From Octopus vulgaris (lineage: Eukaryota): 64,000 nucleotides of DNA. The stretch covers positions 25,234,001 to 25,298,000 of the forward strand of contig OX597838.1 in assembly GCA_951406725.2 (NCBI GenBank), given 5' to 3'. The notes beneath the pieces are model-generated. The model was not told where the DNA came from and made no database searches. It worked only from the letters and a program-made list of their open reading frames with translations. Shown here piece by piece: positions 25,008-39,954 of this stretch. A program made the position numbers and the translations under genes. The stretch's first letter is position 1. Every line of letters starts with the position of its first letter.

Positions 25008-28000
25008 GAGATCGAAGGGGAGATAAATGACATTCGCTTCATTCATTTTCCGTCGAGATAAGAACCTTTGGGATAAATTGGTCAACCGTTAGAATTCAAC
25101 TTGGGACAGGAAAAATAGAATGATTGCATTGCAGAATTAATTCTCACACACACGTACACGCACATTTCCTTCTATAAAATCCACTCTCGAGGATTTGGTA
25201 GGCCGAGGGCTATAGTAGACAACACTTACTATGGTGCCATACAGTGAGACTGAACCTGGAACCATTCATATATGGTTGGGAAACAAATTTCTTAAGTGAA
25301 ATTCTTACCACACAGCCATGTATGCTTTTACAGATATTAGCTTCAAATTTGGGCACAGGGTCAGAAGTTTCTCGGGAGGGGATAAACCGATCACATTCCT
25401 CTTCAGCATTCAACTAGCATTTATATTATCAACACTGAACTCAGAATGCAAAGACGGACGAAACACTGATAAGCATTGTGTCCCACTTGCTAACATTTCT
25501 ACCAGCTCACTGCCCTAATTTATCTCTAGATATAATAAAGAAAACCTACACAAATGTGGAGGCACATGGCCTAGTGGTTAGAGCAGCGGATTCGAATCTC
25601 AGACCGGGCGATGTGTGTGTTTATGAGCGAAGCACCTAAGTTCCACTCGGCTCCGGCAGAAGTTAATGCGAACTTCTCTTTCACGAAGACTTTCTCTTAC
25701 TCTTTCCTCTTGTATCTAGCAGCCCACCTGCGACGGACCAGTGTCCCGTCCAGGTGGGGAACCTATACGCTCATGAAACCGGCCCTTATGAGCCAAAACA
25801 AACAACACAAGTGTACCCTCTCACGTCATAACTACCACAAATGGGTTACTTTTAGTGAAATTTTCCTTATAGCCACAGGCATAGTTGTGTGGTAAGAAGC
25901 TTGCTTCCCAGCCACATGGCAATGAGTCCAGTCCCACTGCATTGCACCTTGGACAAGTGTCTTCTACTATAGCCTCAGACCAACCAAAGCCTTGTAAGTT
26001 GATTTGGTAGATGGAAAATGAAAGAAGCCCATCATATATATATTGCACCTTTCCACACCCACTAAGGAGCAGTCTATCAATTGTAGTGATAAATTGCTTC
26101 TTGGTACACTCCATCTTATCTATCAATCTTTAATATATATGTATATATTTGTGTCCGTCTCCACCACCATTGCTGGTGTTTACGTCCCCATAACTTCAGC
26201 AAAACAGAAGTACAAAAATAAGTCCTGGCTTTGATTCCTTCAGCTAAAAATAATTAAAAAAACCTGCAAGGTGGTGCTCCAGCAAGGCCACAGTCAAATG
26301 ACCAAAACAACAGAACGTGATCCAGATGGTGTAGATTACAATTATATATATTGCTGCTAGTTGGACTGGACTAAGAGCTTAAGGTTCATGCAGGTGAGAT
26401 GATGGATAATACAACTGTTCAAACCTGTTTCACATCAATAGGGAGTTGACCATTGTCTCGTGATTCCACTGTCCTTTACATGGAAGGAGTCAAGCTGCCA
26501 GTCACCTAAAGGGCAACCTGTAAGAATCTTCCTAACACCTTGTGAAGGGAGAAACCACATGGTAGGGCCCAGACAATACCATATCTTTAAAAAAAAATAG
26601 AACACACAGCAGGAATACTTTTGACAATGGTGTTGGGAAGAACCACTATTTGTGGAGACAAGGAAGGGTCACAATATGCTGCTCCTTTTTTTTAAACAAT
26701 TGGAAATTTCCATATAAAAAGCAGACACTTGCTGAAGCTACTACAGACTTGAACCCAGAACATGTGGTGTGGTAAAGTTTGCTTCCTTAATCACATGGTG
26801 CTAAGTTAATCATACAGCAAAGCATCTTCTACTATATAGTCTCAGGTTAACCAGTGTTGCAAGTTGTAAGAAGCTTGCTTCCCAAACACAATCCCACTGC
26901 CTGGTGTCTTGAGCAAGTGTCTACTATAGCCTAGGGCTGACCAAAGCCCTGAGTGGATTTGGTATATGGAAACTGAAAGAAACCCGCCGTACGTGTGCAT
27001 TACTATCACCTTGCCTTGACGTTGTATGAAAGCTGTAGATATCATGGGCATGTACCTGGGTATCTTCCATTTCCAAGCTTCAGTTCAAGTGAGTTGATGA
27101 CAGGAAAAGCATCCCAGCTGTAGAAAACCTACCTCAACAAATACCATCTAATCCATGCAAGGAAAAAAAAAAGATGTAAAGAAATTCTGTTCCTTACCTC
27201 AAGTTTTGATACACAATTCACATCAATATGAGGTTATGCACATCAAGTCAACTATTGAATAACTAAATTATTGTAGTACAAGTTGGTAATATGCCATGCT
27301 TGGTAAAACCTCTCAAGCCAAGTTGTGGCTGTTGTCAGTGTCATGTAAAATGCACCTTTACAGCATTGGGCTTCACGGAGACAATGAGGCTGATGCTGGT
27401 GTTGTGTAACTAGCACCCATGCTATGTAAAAAGCACCTCAAGCACTGACAAATGACAGGTCTTTGGCAATATGCTGTAGTTGAGAAGATCCATCAAGCCA
27501 AGAAACTAGTAGTGGCAGATACTGGTGTCATTCAAATGGCACCTGTGCTGATGACATGCAAAAGCACCTATTAGACAGTGGTTGGTGTTAGGAAGGACAT
27601 CCAGCTGTAGAAACCATTCCAAATCAGACTGGAGTTTGGTGCAGCCCCTCCCTCCAACTTACCAAGCCTAGTCAAACTGACCAATCCATGCCAGCATGGA
27701 CAATGTTAAATTATGAAATATTTTATCAAACCCTGAAAGGATAAGAGGTAGGGGACAGACCTGGGCACAATCTGAGCTCAGAAAGGTAAGACCACTTGAA
27801 GAAGAAAAAAAAAACTCCTTGTGACCTTAATTCTATAGGCCATTTACCACTGAATTTAAACAAGTGCTACAGTAATTACTTAGCTTTTATGAAACTTGGT
27901 TCACAATTTTACTTAGTTCTTGTGCCACACCTGTGAAACAGAATGCTGTACTCCAGCTTTAAAACGCCTCCCAGAAATACAATAGAAAATGTATACAGCA

Positions 28001-29735
28001 ACATTCAACTGCCTTCCTTGACTATTTTAATAAATTAACAACAGAATGTGGTTTTTCGAGGTTGTGACTGGAGAAATTTATTATAAGAAAAATGTATTGT
28101 GCAAGGTCAGCAAGTTGCCAAGTGAATGGAATCAACAAGCTGGGAAATGCATACCTCGTAGTGTGTGTCCGTGAAAAGACTGAATTTGGGATTATAAAAC
28201 AAGTTCTGGAAGCTGCAGAAGAGGAAACAACTGTTTTGACAATGAAAGACCTTATTTTGTTAATTTTGACCATGATGTTATTCATAATAAGCCTTTCAAA
28301 GTATAACAAATTGTACTTCACTGAAACTAGACTATGAAATGGCTGCATTTAATGCAGTTTACACATCACTCCTCTAGCAGGGTTCCAGCTGCCTGAGGGC
28401 TGATTGTAGTCAGTTACTTTTCAATCACCTTCAAAACCATTATCTGCCATAAACTCACCAATTAAATCCTCAAATAAATTGCCATTCAAAAAAAAAAAAA
28501 ATTTTTTAATTAGTGACCATCTTTCTAAGAGCAGAATCACTATGACAAATGTATCGAAAAGGGTTTAATTTTCAAAGAGTCTCTGCCAAGCCCTGTATTA
28601 TGTGGACTTTACACCACCTCAAGAATAGTTTCAGAACAAATTACACATTTCAACATAGATAAATTCTTTCCTTAGCATTATATGGAAATTGTGCCTTGCA
28701 CATGTATGCAACTGCTCAGGTTTCAAGTTTCTTTGAAAAAATAAATTTCATCTTGAAAACCTTGTATACACATTTTTTGGCCATTTCTAGCTGTGAAAGA
28801 TCTGCTCCCACATAGATTAAAACAAGGCTCTTATGAGGGATATGTAACACTATAAAAGTACATAGTTGTGCAACCGTATTGCTTAGGGAACTCTCACAGA
28901 ATTGCACAAGGACAGCCAACCAAAACCCTCAGAATAGCGTGGTCGAGTCAACACTGTACCAATTGTAAAACATCAAGCATGTCTATAGTTTGCCACATGC
29001 CATGAAAACCTGTCTGGATTAGAAAACAGGTTTGCCTCAATGAATTCTGACTCCGGTAAAATGGAAGAATGAATGCTAAAAATAATACTATGATGAAATA
29101 ACATGTGTATCTTCACATGACCTTAAATCAAATCAGTTGGGGTATAGGGGGAACTGTACATAGTAATTAACAGAAAAGAAAAAAAGGTAAAATTGAAGAG
29201 TAAAATGCAAAATTTTATTGAAGACCTTTGTACAAAAGGGGAGGAAATACATTACAATGCCCGCATTCACACTTGCATACAGTAACAAATCGCAAGAGAC
29301 AATATTTCGGCCCATAACTAATCAGAGAATACATAAAAAAAAAAAACCACCTACTGTAATTAACATGAACTCAGCATTCGAATGTAATGATTTGATGGTG
29401 TGAAATTGTCTTTTTATATTAAAGGGTTTTTTTTGTTATTTTTATTTTTACCACTTGGTGTCTGCAATACCCCACCTCTTTTCTCCAGCCCCTCCCATTA
29501 AAATAAAAAAAAAAATTTGAAAGAAGTCCATTTTTTGTGTGGTTTTCTAGTGAAGCAAACAGGCCTAAACCATCTTCTCAGCTTAAAAGAAAGGGGAGCG
29601 CAGCTCTGCAGGCCATAACAGATAGTAGAAAGAGGACATCACTGCATTTAAACAGACTTTCCCATCTTTTAGAAGGTTAACAATGCACTGTGATAATTAG
29701 TTAATTGTTAAGTGATTAGCAGGATCAGATTATCT

Positions 29736-29780
29736 TCAAAGATCTTCATCCTCATCAGGAAGAGCAATTTCTTGAGCCAC
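29736..29780 (-). CDS. RAN: Ran GTPase, terminal exon with acidic tail
   Basis: VAQEIALPDEDEDL followed by TGA. Total CDS 642 nt, 213 aa. Confidence 0.96.
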   Translation of the reverse strand: MAQEIALPDEDEDL

Positions 29781-30334
29781 CTGCAATTGAAGAAAAACAA
29801 AATAAAAATATAATTCCAAACACCATTTACAAAAAAAAAAATTTAAATAAATTTGTGACCCTCACTCATTAAGACAAAATCACTGAAGCAGATCTCACCC
29901 CACACTTCACTGATAGAGAAGCCACACGAAGGGGATTATTGGGAAAGGAGTCTAAGCTTTCTCATATCAAGGCATCAAATACCATGTTTTCTCTATGATA
30001 GAATTGCCATCTCCCTGTTTTAAGGTGATAGAAATAAATAAGTATGGCTATTCTATTGAACTCACTTTCAAAATTTATTGAAGCAAAATCACTGAATGTC
30101 AACAGAAATGTTTTATAAGTTAAATTTTGTAGTTTAGAAAATAATGTGAGAAGGGGACATAACTCCTACAAGTAGTTCCAATTTTTGAAAATATTTAGTA
30201 CAATAACCCAGTGTTAGGAAGGTTTTCAAGATTACTTTGAAATGGCACCACTCCCAACTTGTAAAGTAGGAAGTGCAACCAACAAACGAACCACCCCACC
30301 CCACCGAGACAAGATAAAATAAAGTCGTAATTAC

Positions 30335-30505
30335 CTCAAGTTCCTTCTCATATTGTTGTGCAAGTGATTGACTCATTTCTACCTCTGGTGGTTGAAGAGC
30401 AGGCATTTCAACAAATTCAAGGTTAGCATCTCCAATTAACTTCCTTGCCAACCAAAGGAATGGTTTCTCAAAATTATAATTACTCTTTGCACTGATATCA
30501 TAGTA
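30335..30505 (-). CDS. RAN: Ran GTPase, exon 5
   Basis: [57 protein letters not shown]. Confidence 0.97.
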
Positions 30506-32450
30506 CTGGATGTAAAAAAAGAGAAAAAAAACATAAGTTATTATGAAAACAGTTTATATGGCTGCATGTGGTTCACAAGGTCCCTCCACAACCATGAAGT
30601 CCCAGGGTTTAATCCTACCCCTTAACAGCCAAGTGAAGTCTAAGAGTGAAATTTATTAGATGGAAGCTGTGGAAGCCTTTTGGATGTGTAGGGCTGTGGA
30701 AGTCAGAAATAATCAACCAACTTAAAATTTAAATCATACAATTGATGCATTAATATTTCCAATATCATATCTCTAAGAATTCAGAGTAAACACTGTCTAT
30801 AAATTCTAATTCTAAAGGATTCTAGTAAATTGCATAACTTTTTGTCTCAAAGCAACCTTAATTACAGGTAAATATATGTAAACCACAAGCTTTTTTTGTC
30901 TGTTCGTTCACACTCTGCTCAATGATTTGTTTATGTAGTGATCACTCCAGACAAGCTTACATTTGCTTGATTTCTCCATATCTTCCATCGAAAAGTACTC
31001 AAATTCAGAATCTCTGCTTAATAGTATGTAACATCCATGAAAAAAGAAAGAAAAAACCCCCAGAAAAAATAATCTCCCAAAATTCACACAGCTCATACCA
31101 CATCAAACAATGTCAAATACTGAAACGCGACTATTTACAAAGTGAAATCACATGTTTTCTCGAATGTACAACTGAGATTTGTACTGTAATTCACATTGAA
31201 ATATCAATGGGTTTACTTAGCCAGCTTCAGCCAGGTTGGTAATGAAAAGGTTATATGAAGTGTTACAAGTTATCTCTTGTAGTTAATTTTCATGTACTTC
31301 TGATTTCGGAATTAGTTTCCTATTTTCTTTTATTGAAACCCCTGAATAAAACAGCATCTTCCCACATAATCCACAACTGAACACTTAACAGCCTTTAAGT
31401 GCAAACTTAAAAGTTAGCCTCGATTCTATATTATCCATGTATGTGTGCTTTCAATAAAGGGTAGGAGTAGATCTTCAGATTTTGTGCACTAATTTCACAG
31501 CCCTTGACGTAAATATATTTTGGCAAATGGCAGGAAAACACTGGTACACCTTCAATGATCAGTGTTCAAACTCCACCTGAACCAACTTTCAAGATTGATA
31601 AACATCTATTGCTTGACTAATCTAAGGATTAAACTCATGTCAACCAACCACACTACACCTCATACCAATGCTATCCATCCCATAAGACAATCAGGTAATG
31701 GAAAAATCACTTCCAAGCCCGACGACCCTGTGGTCTTTCAGGTTGTTCATAGATAACTGAAATATCAATATGTACAGGAAGTTCACATGGCAGTCACCTG
31801 GTTCAAGTAAGCGACATCAAAAGGTAATGGAATAGTCAACACAATAACCTTAGAACAGACAACTGAAAGAGAACAATGTAGTCCTGAATATTGTTTAACA
31901 GAAAGATAGGCTTGAAATCTTAAAATGTGAATAATTACCAGGATACAGATAACCGTATAAATCAATAAGACTTGTCAAGTCAGGTGAAATTGTATGCTAG
32001 TGTCACAAAAACGCACCTCTGAAGCACTGAGCCTCATGGATAGAATGTGGCATGTAAAAAGCACCTTTTGAGAATGAGGCTTCACAGAGGCAATGACAAA
32101 TGACCAAGGCCTTTGGCATTATGCCATGCTTAAGATCCATCTAGTCATGGCAGATACCAGTGTCACGTAACCAGCACCCATTACACTATTGGAGTGGTTG
32201 GCATTAGGAAGAGCATCTTATTGTAGAAAGCCAAACCGGACTAGGGTCTGGTGTAGCCCCTCAGCTGACCAGCCCTGCTCAAACAATCCAATCCATGACA
32301 TTAAATGCTGATTATACATATGGGGTTCTATTTGAAACTCCCTCTCAATTATATTTTTGAAAATCAATGCTTGAAACAAGTCATTTCCTACAAAGGAGTG
32401 CTTCAAAAGAGAAAATAGCACTGACAATATTGAAAGAGAAAAAAAATTAC

Positions 32451-32638
32451 CTGTAAATTCTTTTTTCTGTGGAAGGTGATTGCTTTGGCTTTTACCTTTC
32501 GGTCTTTTACATCAACCTTATTTCCACACAGCACAATTGGTGTATTTTCGCATACTCTCACTAAATCTCGATGCCAGTTGGGAACATTTTTGTATGTAAC
32601 TCTTGATGTAACATCAAACATGATGATAGCACACTGTC
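32451..32638 (-). CDS. RAN: Ran GTPase, exon 4
   Basis: [63 protein letters not shown]; includes the NKVD motif. Confidence 0.98.
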
Positions 32639-33283
32639 CTGAAACAACGAGTGAATAAATAAATAAAAATATACAATTAGTAAGTGAAAGCCTTTCTTTA
32701 AAATTCCAATCATTTTTATACATTTTGTAAAAAAGTTTGCTTTAAATCCATGCAACTTCAAACTCAAAAACCATTGAACAAGAACATTCAGGAAGTTTGT
32801 GTTGAGATTGGTATATAGAAAGAGAAATTAGCTTTATCATGTGTACAAGTGTTGACATTCCATTGTTGTGCATGTCACCAGCCAAGCAAGATAAGATTCT
32901 CACATTTCTTAACACTCCTCTATCAATCCTACTGTAGGTAAAGAAGCACTGTACATTCAGTGTGTGTGTATGTGTAACCATTTGCATACAGAACGTCACC
33001 CTTGGAGCTTTAATGTTTGGGCTTTAGTCTCAGTGCTGCTAAATTGATTAGTCTCTGCCTATTAAAACCTACACCACTTCATCTGTGTCAGTCACATTTG
33101 TTAACACTTCATTTAAAATATTACATAAAAGGAATTAAAATTTAGGTACACTACCTAGAAGACATTGGACCTATTAACAAATACAGTAGACAGTGGTGTA
33201 GGATGAATGCTTTCAAATAGAATGCAAGCTTAATTGTTTTATTTAGAAGAATTGAAAGCGTTAACTATAAACCATATGAATCA

Positions 33284-33499
<216 letters not shown>

Positions 33500-33815
33500 T
33501 CACACAATTAAACCTTCCTCTAACATCTAAAGAATGATTTTTCTCTAATCACACAATTTTATTTCAAAGCAAAGGAAAGGAATCCTTAACCCTCTTGATA
33601 CCAACCCACATAAGGCCACTTTTGATTTTATATGATACAAACTTAATGATTTAAAATTAAAACTTAATTTACAATCCCAATACTCTAGCAAAATGTTGAT
33701 AGTTTTCAATTTAATTTTATAGTAGTATAAAATACACAAATATGTAAAATAGTGAAAACATTGCAAGCTAGCTGCTCTCATATCTAACAAAGGAACATAA
33801 AGACTTGTTACTTAC

Positions 33816-33900
33816 CAACATATTTTTTCTCAAATTCGCCAGTTAAATGACGTTTGACAAAAGTGGTTTTACCCACGCCGCCATCACCCACTAACACCAG
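33816..33900 (-). CDS. RAN: Ran GTPase, exon 2 (P-loop)
   Basis: [28 protein letters not shown], flanked by cag| and |gtaag. Confidence 0.97.
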
Positions 33901-34308
33901 CTGAAACAGAATGGAATAGATGAATTTAGTAAAACCTACCCGAGGGAACACACATACTGTATAACACGACTCAAGAGATAAAAGGACGAAGTTTTAGTCT
34001 TTCTTCATAAAATAGACAAATACACCAAACTGTAGACATTAACATTATTATAATCAATTAGATCAACCGACCGACGCTGCTATCGACATCCAATTAAACA
34101 CAAAATCTACAATTTATTAATGGATCACCTAATATATTAATCTGTAATACTACATCAAACCTTATAGAAGAGGTTTATGTACCAACACCATATAATATGA
34201 CCAAAACTGACATACTGTCAGTTTAACCTAAGACAGAACAGTCCCATTACAAAACAGGAAGGGCAAGAGACAGTGGCTGCATAAAATATAAATAAATGTT
34301 GGTCTCAC

Positions 34309-34335
34309 CTTAAATGTTGGCATTTTGTCACACAT
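34309..34335 (-). CDS. RAN: Ran GTPase, coding exon 1 (MCDKMPTFK)
   Basis: Acceptor ttccag at 34355, short 5'UTR, ATG at 34335, donor AAG|GTGAG, phase 0. Confidence 0.85.
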
Positions 34336-37300
34336 GGTTGGTTGTTTCGTTTGACTGGAAAAGAAATGAAAAATTTCATTTATAAATCATATCTACAAAT
34401 ATTTATGATTACATACATGTTCGGGTATACAAGTACCATACAAGCCGGAGGTAATTATCATTTTGCAAAACTGCTATCTACTTTTTGTGTGTCCAAATGA
34501 CCAACTCGGAGCGGCGATAGATGGACTGGTCAAGGTTGGAACGACCGCGAAACTTCTGGCGAACACGTATAATAACTTTGTAGGAGAAAAAAAACCGGTG
34601 TCTCCCCCACCATGCTTTGGGCAAAATGAATTTTGCAGTTTAAAGTATTTAATGGAATTTTTCACAGGACGAGTGTTTCGAAGCAGAAATTGTAACAATT
34701 TCCCCTCAAAATGTATTTAAGCCACCACATCACATTTTCCCCATTATTTTCGAAATACGCAACAGATCAACTTTCTGACCTCCACCCCAATTAACAAACA
34801 CCCTTAATTACGTTTCAAATTAAGTTAATTATGAATTCCACAAAGCATTTCAAATTCAATTCCTCCTTACGGAAGGTACTGCTTATTTTGAAATTTACGT
34901 ATATATACATACAATAAAAAGCATCACATTATGAAACTCCATAGATTTTAGTGAAGGAAGGTCGGAGAAATGTGAGAAGCTTCGAGAAAGAGAAGCAACA
35001 ATGAGAGAAAAGAGTGTCCAGAAGAGACAGAGGATAGAGAGAAGGCAACCATTGCCAGTTAATCAAAGGGTATTTTAAACCAGTGTTTGAATAAATGAAG
35101 ACATCAATCTTACAAGATGAGATTTTAAAAAGATTCGAAATCCAAAGAGACACGAGTTCCACGAATAAAATGAATGTTTATGGAAAGGAAGAAGGAAAAG
35201 CAACGGCGGCGGCGACGGCAGCCAATTCTGGTTTACACTAGTATAAACTGGATCGACCATAAAGAAAGAAATAGCGAGAGAAAGAGAGAGAGGGAGGGAG
35301 GAAGTAAGGAGGAGGAGGAGAGAGAGCGCGGGAACAAAGAGAGAAGCGAAGGAGGAATAGTAAGAGGGAGACGGAAGAAAAAGAACGAGATATATAGAGA
35401 GGGGAGAACAGCGAAGGAGGGAAAATATAGGAAAGCGAGCGAGCTAGAGAGAGAGAGAAACAGATGTGACTCAAAAGGTAATTAAATGTCGGTAACCGGC
35501 TGAGACGGAGAAAATACAAAAAATACCGAGTCCCACAGTAAAAACAACAATGCGTGTAAAACGACGACCAATATTGCTAGTCAAGAAAAGTAAAAGGAAG
35601 TCCATTTTTTTTTCTTTTAATAAGCCTATCCTTATAGGAAATTTATAAATACATATTAAATGAATCAACGAAACCTTCCACCACGTGGTATAAGATTTTC
35701 CATTACTGTTACCAGACACCATACTCTCTCTCTCACACACACACACACATAAGACCTCGTGTTTGCAGACAATAACCAGATGACCCCCAATCACCACTCC
35801 CTCTTCCTATTTAACTTTTTCGAAATTTTTTCCCCTCTATGTTTTAAATGACGGAGATTCCTGATGTGCAAGAAACCACGTTTTCAAATCTAAATTCATT
35901 AAGCATATAGATATGTGTGTGTGTGTGTATAAAGAGAGATATGAAGGTTTTTTCCTTGGGCTAAAACAACAGTAAGACCCTCTTCTACAGGACTGCCAAT
36001 TTATGAACAAACAGATAGGGATAAATAGACAAAGAAATAGATGGAAAAGTTCAAAATTTAAAATTGGATGAGGGGTAAATTTGAGCCCCTTGTTAAACTT
36101 TAGAACAATTATTAAATATTAATGTTTCCTGTTTAATTTCGATTCGCTACGATCTCTTTAAAATAAACAAAATCAAAAATTTTAATGGGGGTGAAATTAA
36201 TTTTTTTTTTTTTTTGCATATTCTTAATCTCTGACATCTACAACGTAGGAATCCGAGAAATTTTTTCTCAAAACAAGAAAAAAAAAAAAGCATTTTTCAA
36301 GGAGAGGTGCGAAACTGCATTAAATATCACATTAGCATTCAACTACAGGGTAACAGGAAAATATTCACACTATCAATAGATAAATCTGGACATTAAAAAA
36401 TTTAAAATCATTTTGAAGGTTTAAAGTTGCACATTCGCTTTACGTTACCTGCTCACAAAGAGACCACCACCAATATATGGAGCGGGGATACTTGTATACA
36501 ACTCGCCTACCAATCTAACCGGAAGCACTATCAACAACAATGTCAGGACACATGTGCGTTTTCGATGCTTAAAGAAAATCGTGTGAGCCAATTTAGGAAG
36601 TTGTGCGATAGCATCAACCGAGTGGAAATAGCAACCAAATCTCCACTTCCAGTCGCATTGTTAAAAATCAGAATAGATCAATCTCAAACAATGTTCACAG
36701 CTGGAATGCCTGTCCAGGAGCGTGCCTGACCAGGGTTGACCTGGGGTTAAACAAACACTGAAATCATACATACATCACAGGAAGGACCCCCTCCGCAAAG
36801 GCGTTCCAATTGTGACTCACTGTTTTATCAAATAGCGTAGAGCATTTATGGACAATTCTATTGTTCCTAGGTTATTATAGAGGGGGTTTCCGAGAAACTA
36901 CTTATCCTCCCTTGTCTCGGATCACCATTACAGCAGCTCACTTGAGGCTACTTTAGTCCTGATGAAATCGATTTCGTCAAGCCAACTGGCTTTTAAACTA
37001 GGTTGCCAACAATGCTCTTAGACAATCACAAAGCGTTTTCGATAACTGGTTAACATTACGTCAATAAATAACTGGAAACCCACTAATTTTGATAGGGGTC
37101 ATCTATGATTACAATAACCGGTTTCCACACCATGCAAAAATACACCCTGAGAGATACCCTTAAAGCATTTTCCTCGCCTCGTTTTTTGCTTCTTGGCAAG
37201 TTCGCGTACGTGTTACTATATGTGCATAATACATATTTAATAGCATACAATATACTTGGATATTTGTCAATTTGTATTACCCAACAAGACAGGTATTGCT

Positions 37301-39954
37301 TGCGTGCTACAAGATTTAATATATAATTCTAACAAAGGTTTTCAAAATGGGCAACGGCTTTAAGCCAATCTACCAGATAAGGGCAGTCTATAGACAGAAT
37401 GCCAAAATACGTCCTGTCTATGGTAGGTAGGTATAATGTATTTTAGATATATATATATGGTTCACAACAAAGAAACCAGCAGCCACAGGCAGACATTCTC
37501 TAATTCCCGCTTTAACACACTCAAACCGCTTTATTCCAGTTCCATAACTTTAAACTGACAAATGCCAAAAAGCGGAACAGGTTGCATCAGAATTATTCCA
37601 CTGCTGCATCCACCATAAATCTGGAGGGAGTAGAAGACATCCTCATCACCTCCATCATCATCATCCCTTTTCATAGGTAAGAATTACATCAGATTTTGGA
37701 CCTCATGCTGCGCAACCAACATAAAAGCGATTTCGAAGAAGCCACGCGCGAGTTGCTAGAAATAGCAGCGAAATCTTACATTACATCAGTCTTTATAAGA
37801 CACTGCAGGTGGATAATCAGTGTTTGAAGAATCAATGGCCAAGAATTCGATTCACTCAGAGGACTGGTTTAAGACCTCAACCGTGTTGAACTGCAAAGGA
37901 ATTAAACAGGCGTAAATTGCCTGGTTTTAATTACATTGGGACCAAAAAAAAACCTAATTTTAATTCTACCAAACTGCAATAATACATTCTAATGGACTGA
38001 GTGAAAACTAAATTAGACGTAATAAAGGTTCAAACCCATTTAAACTTTGTATTCTCATTACTTTTAAGCAAAAATAATTTTAGTTTTCTCTAAAATCCTT
38101 AGAATTAATAGAAAAAATTAAAAAAGCGTCGGGTTTTGACAAGAAAAAGTGAATGGCATTTTTTCGGGCAATACTGAGTCAATTAGATCGTTTTCTTTTA
38201 AACCATCTGTGATGACTGCACCGTTTTTTTTGTTCTAATTCAAACTGCCGTGTGAAACACTGAGAACTGCCTTTGCGCCAAATCACCATTATCTATTCAT
38301 CACCAAAGAATTGATATTTGGCGCAAACAGTTAATTTTTTTGGTGTGGGTTTCTCTCACATAAAGTCTCAATATCATTAACCTTTTTGACAATACATACA
38401 GCTATCTTTTTTCCCTCCCTTTTTTATCATATAAATTATAAAAAGAACTAAAAAAAACATCACGTTACACACAATCATCTGATAAAGAACAGCCCGGTGT
38501 GTGTGTGTATGCACACATTAAATGGTGAATTCGAAAATGAAGATGCTATGACTAACGACATCTTTTTCAAATAACCAGCGGATGGAGAAATTTTAAACGC
38601 CGAGATGTACATGTCCCTCATTAAATTTCATAATCAGTAATGATTTTAATACAACTGGCAGGGGAAAATGTCCGGTTTGAGGCAAGATATACATATATAT
38701 AATACACACAACAGGAAATGTTACCGTCTTCCACTACACATATACACACACCATGAGGTATTATTGGTGTACATATATATGCATACACATATTTCCGCAA
38801 AATATTCGAAAATATGAATAGTGGTTGAGAGTGGGGTATAAAAAGTCGGGGAAGGGGTACTAATCTGTAGTTATGCCTATACGTTTACAGAGAAAAGGAA
38901 ACTGACACCAGATAAATTAATTTAAAACCATGGTTCCCCCACCTCGCGCGCGCAAACACACATGAATGTATGTGTACTCTATACGCTTGAACCATGGTTG
39001 CGGTCATGCTGGAGCACGTCCAGTCCAGTATCTTCACCGCTTTTCCAATGACTATTCTCATGTGATTTCACTTTTGCCGAATGATGGAGTATCAGATTGC
39101 TGTCCTCATCAATGTGTCTTGCTGTGATGCAGCCTATAATCATATATATATATACACACACACACTTACGAATAACACATACACACTTTATGAGAGAAAA
39201 TTTTTTTCTACACCAGAATTTCAAGAAATTATATCTAGAATGATTATGGCAACAAAATATTGCGCTACATATTACCACATATTATATATATATATATACT
39301 TACTCAATACCGGCATTTATAACATTAAATATTTACAAATGAATCAATGTTAAGCAAAGAAAATGTCTTCAAATCAAAAATTATTACACATATACACAAA
39401 CAGGTGTGCGTATACACTATATATATATATATATTTACACACATATAACCACATATATACAATGAGCTAATTGTGCAAGATGCCGTTTAACAAAATGATC
39501 GCTCCCGCCTCTTACCCAGAAACTATACGTTTCATATAATATATAACATACTTCCCATAATCAAATCGATCTTCGACTTCTCACCGCTATACACACACAC
39601 ACACACACACACACAAAGTATGTATATAGTGGTATATGTGTGTGTATATAATATATACATACTTTCTACTTTTATAGATATATACACATTGTAGAAAGGT
39701 AGAATAATTTTTTTTTAAATATATATATATATATATATATATTTAAGTATATACTGAAATGTAATATTACAAGTATCAAAGAAGTAGTTTCTAGATGATG
39801 AAAGAAGCGCCAGTCATTTTGTAAACCGGTTAAAATGCGCTTGTTCGATTCGATTAGCAATTGAGATATATACGTAATCGTTCTCTACATTCTATTTTTT
39901 AAATTTTCTAGAAAATACATAAAGAATATTGATATACAAAAAATGTTTAAATAC

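Noticed and set aside
28020-28460. ORFs downstream of Ran (28022-28348, 28092-28337)
   Set aside because: No recognisable homology or splice structure; likely extended 3'UTR or intergenic DNA.
29851-29995. H/ACA scaRNA candidate in the last Ran intron (minus strand; ACA about 70 nt from the acceptor, hairpin with UGAG loop)
   Set aside because: No ANANNA H box at the hinge and a weak 5' hairpin. An Infernal or snoReport scan would be needed.
37587-37649. C/D snoRNA-like GTGATGA..CTGA on the minus strand
   Set aside because: The C box lies in a (gat)n microsatellite, with no terminal stem or recognisable guide.
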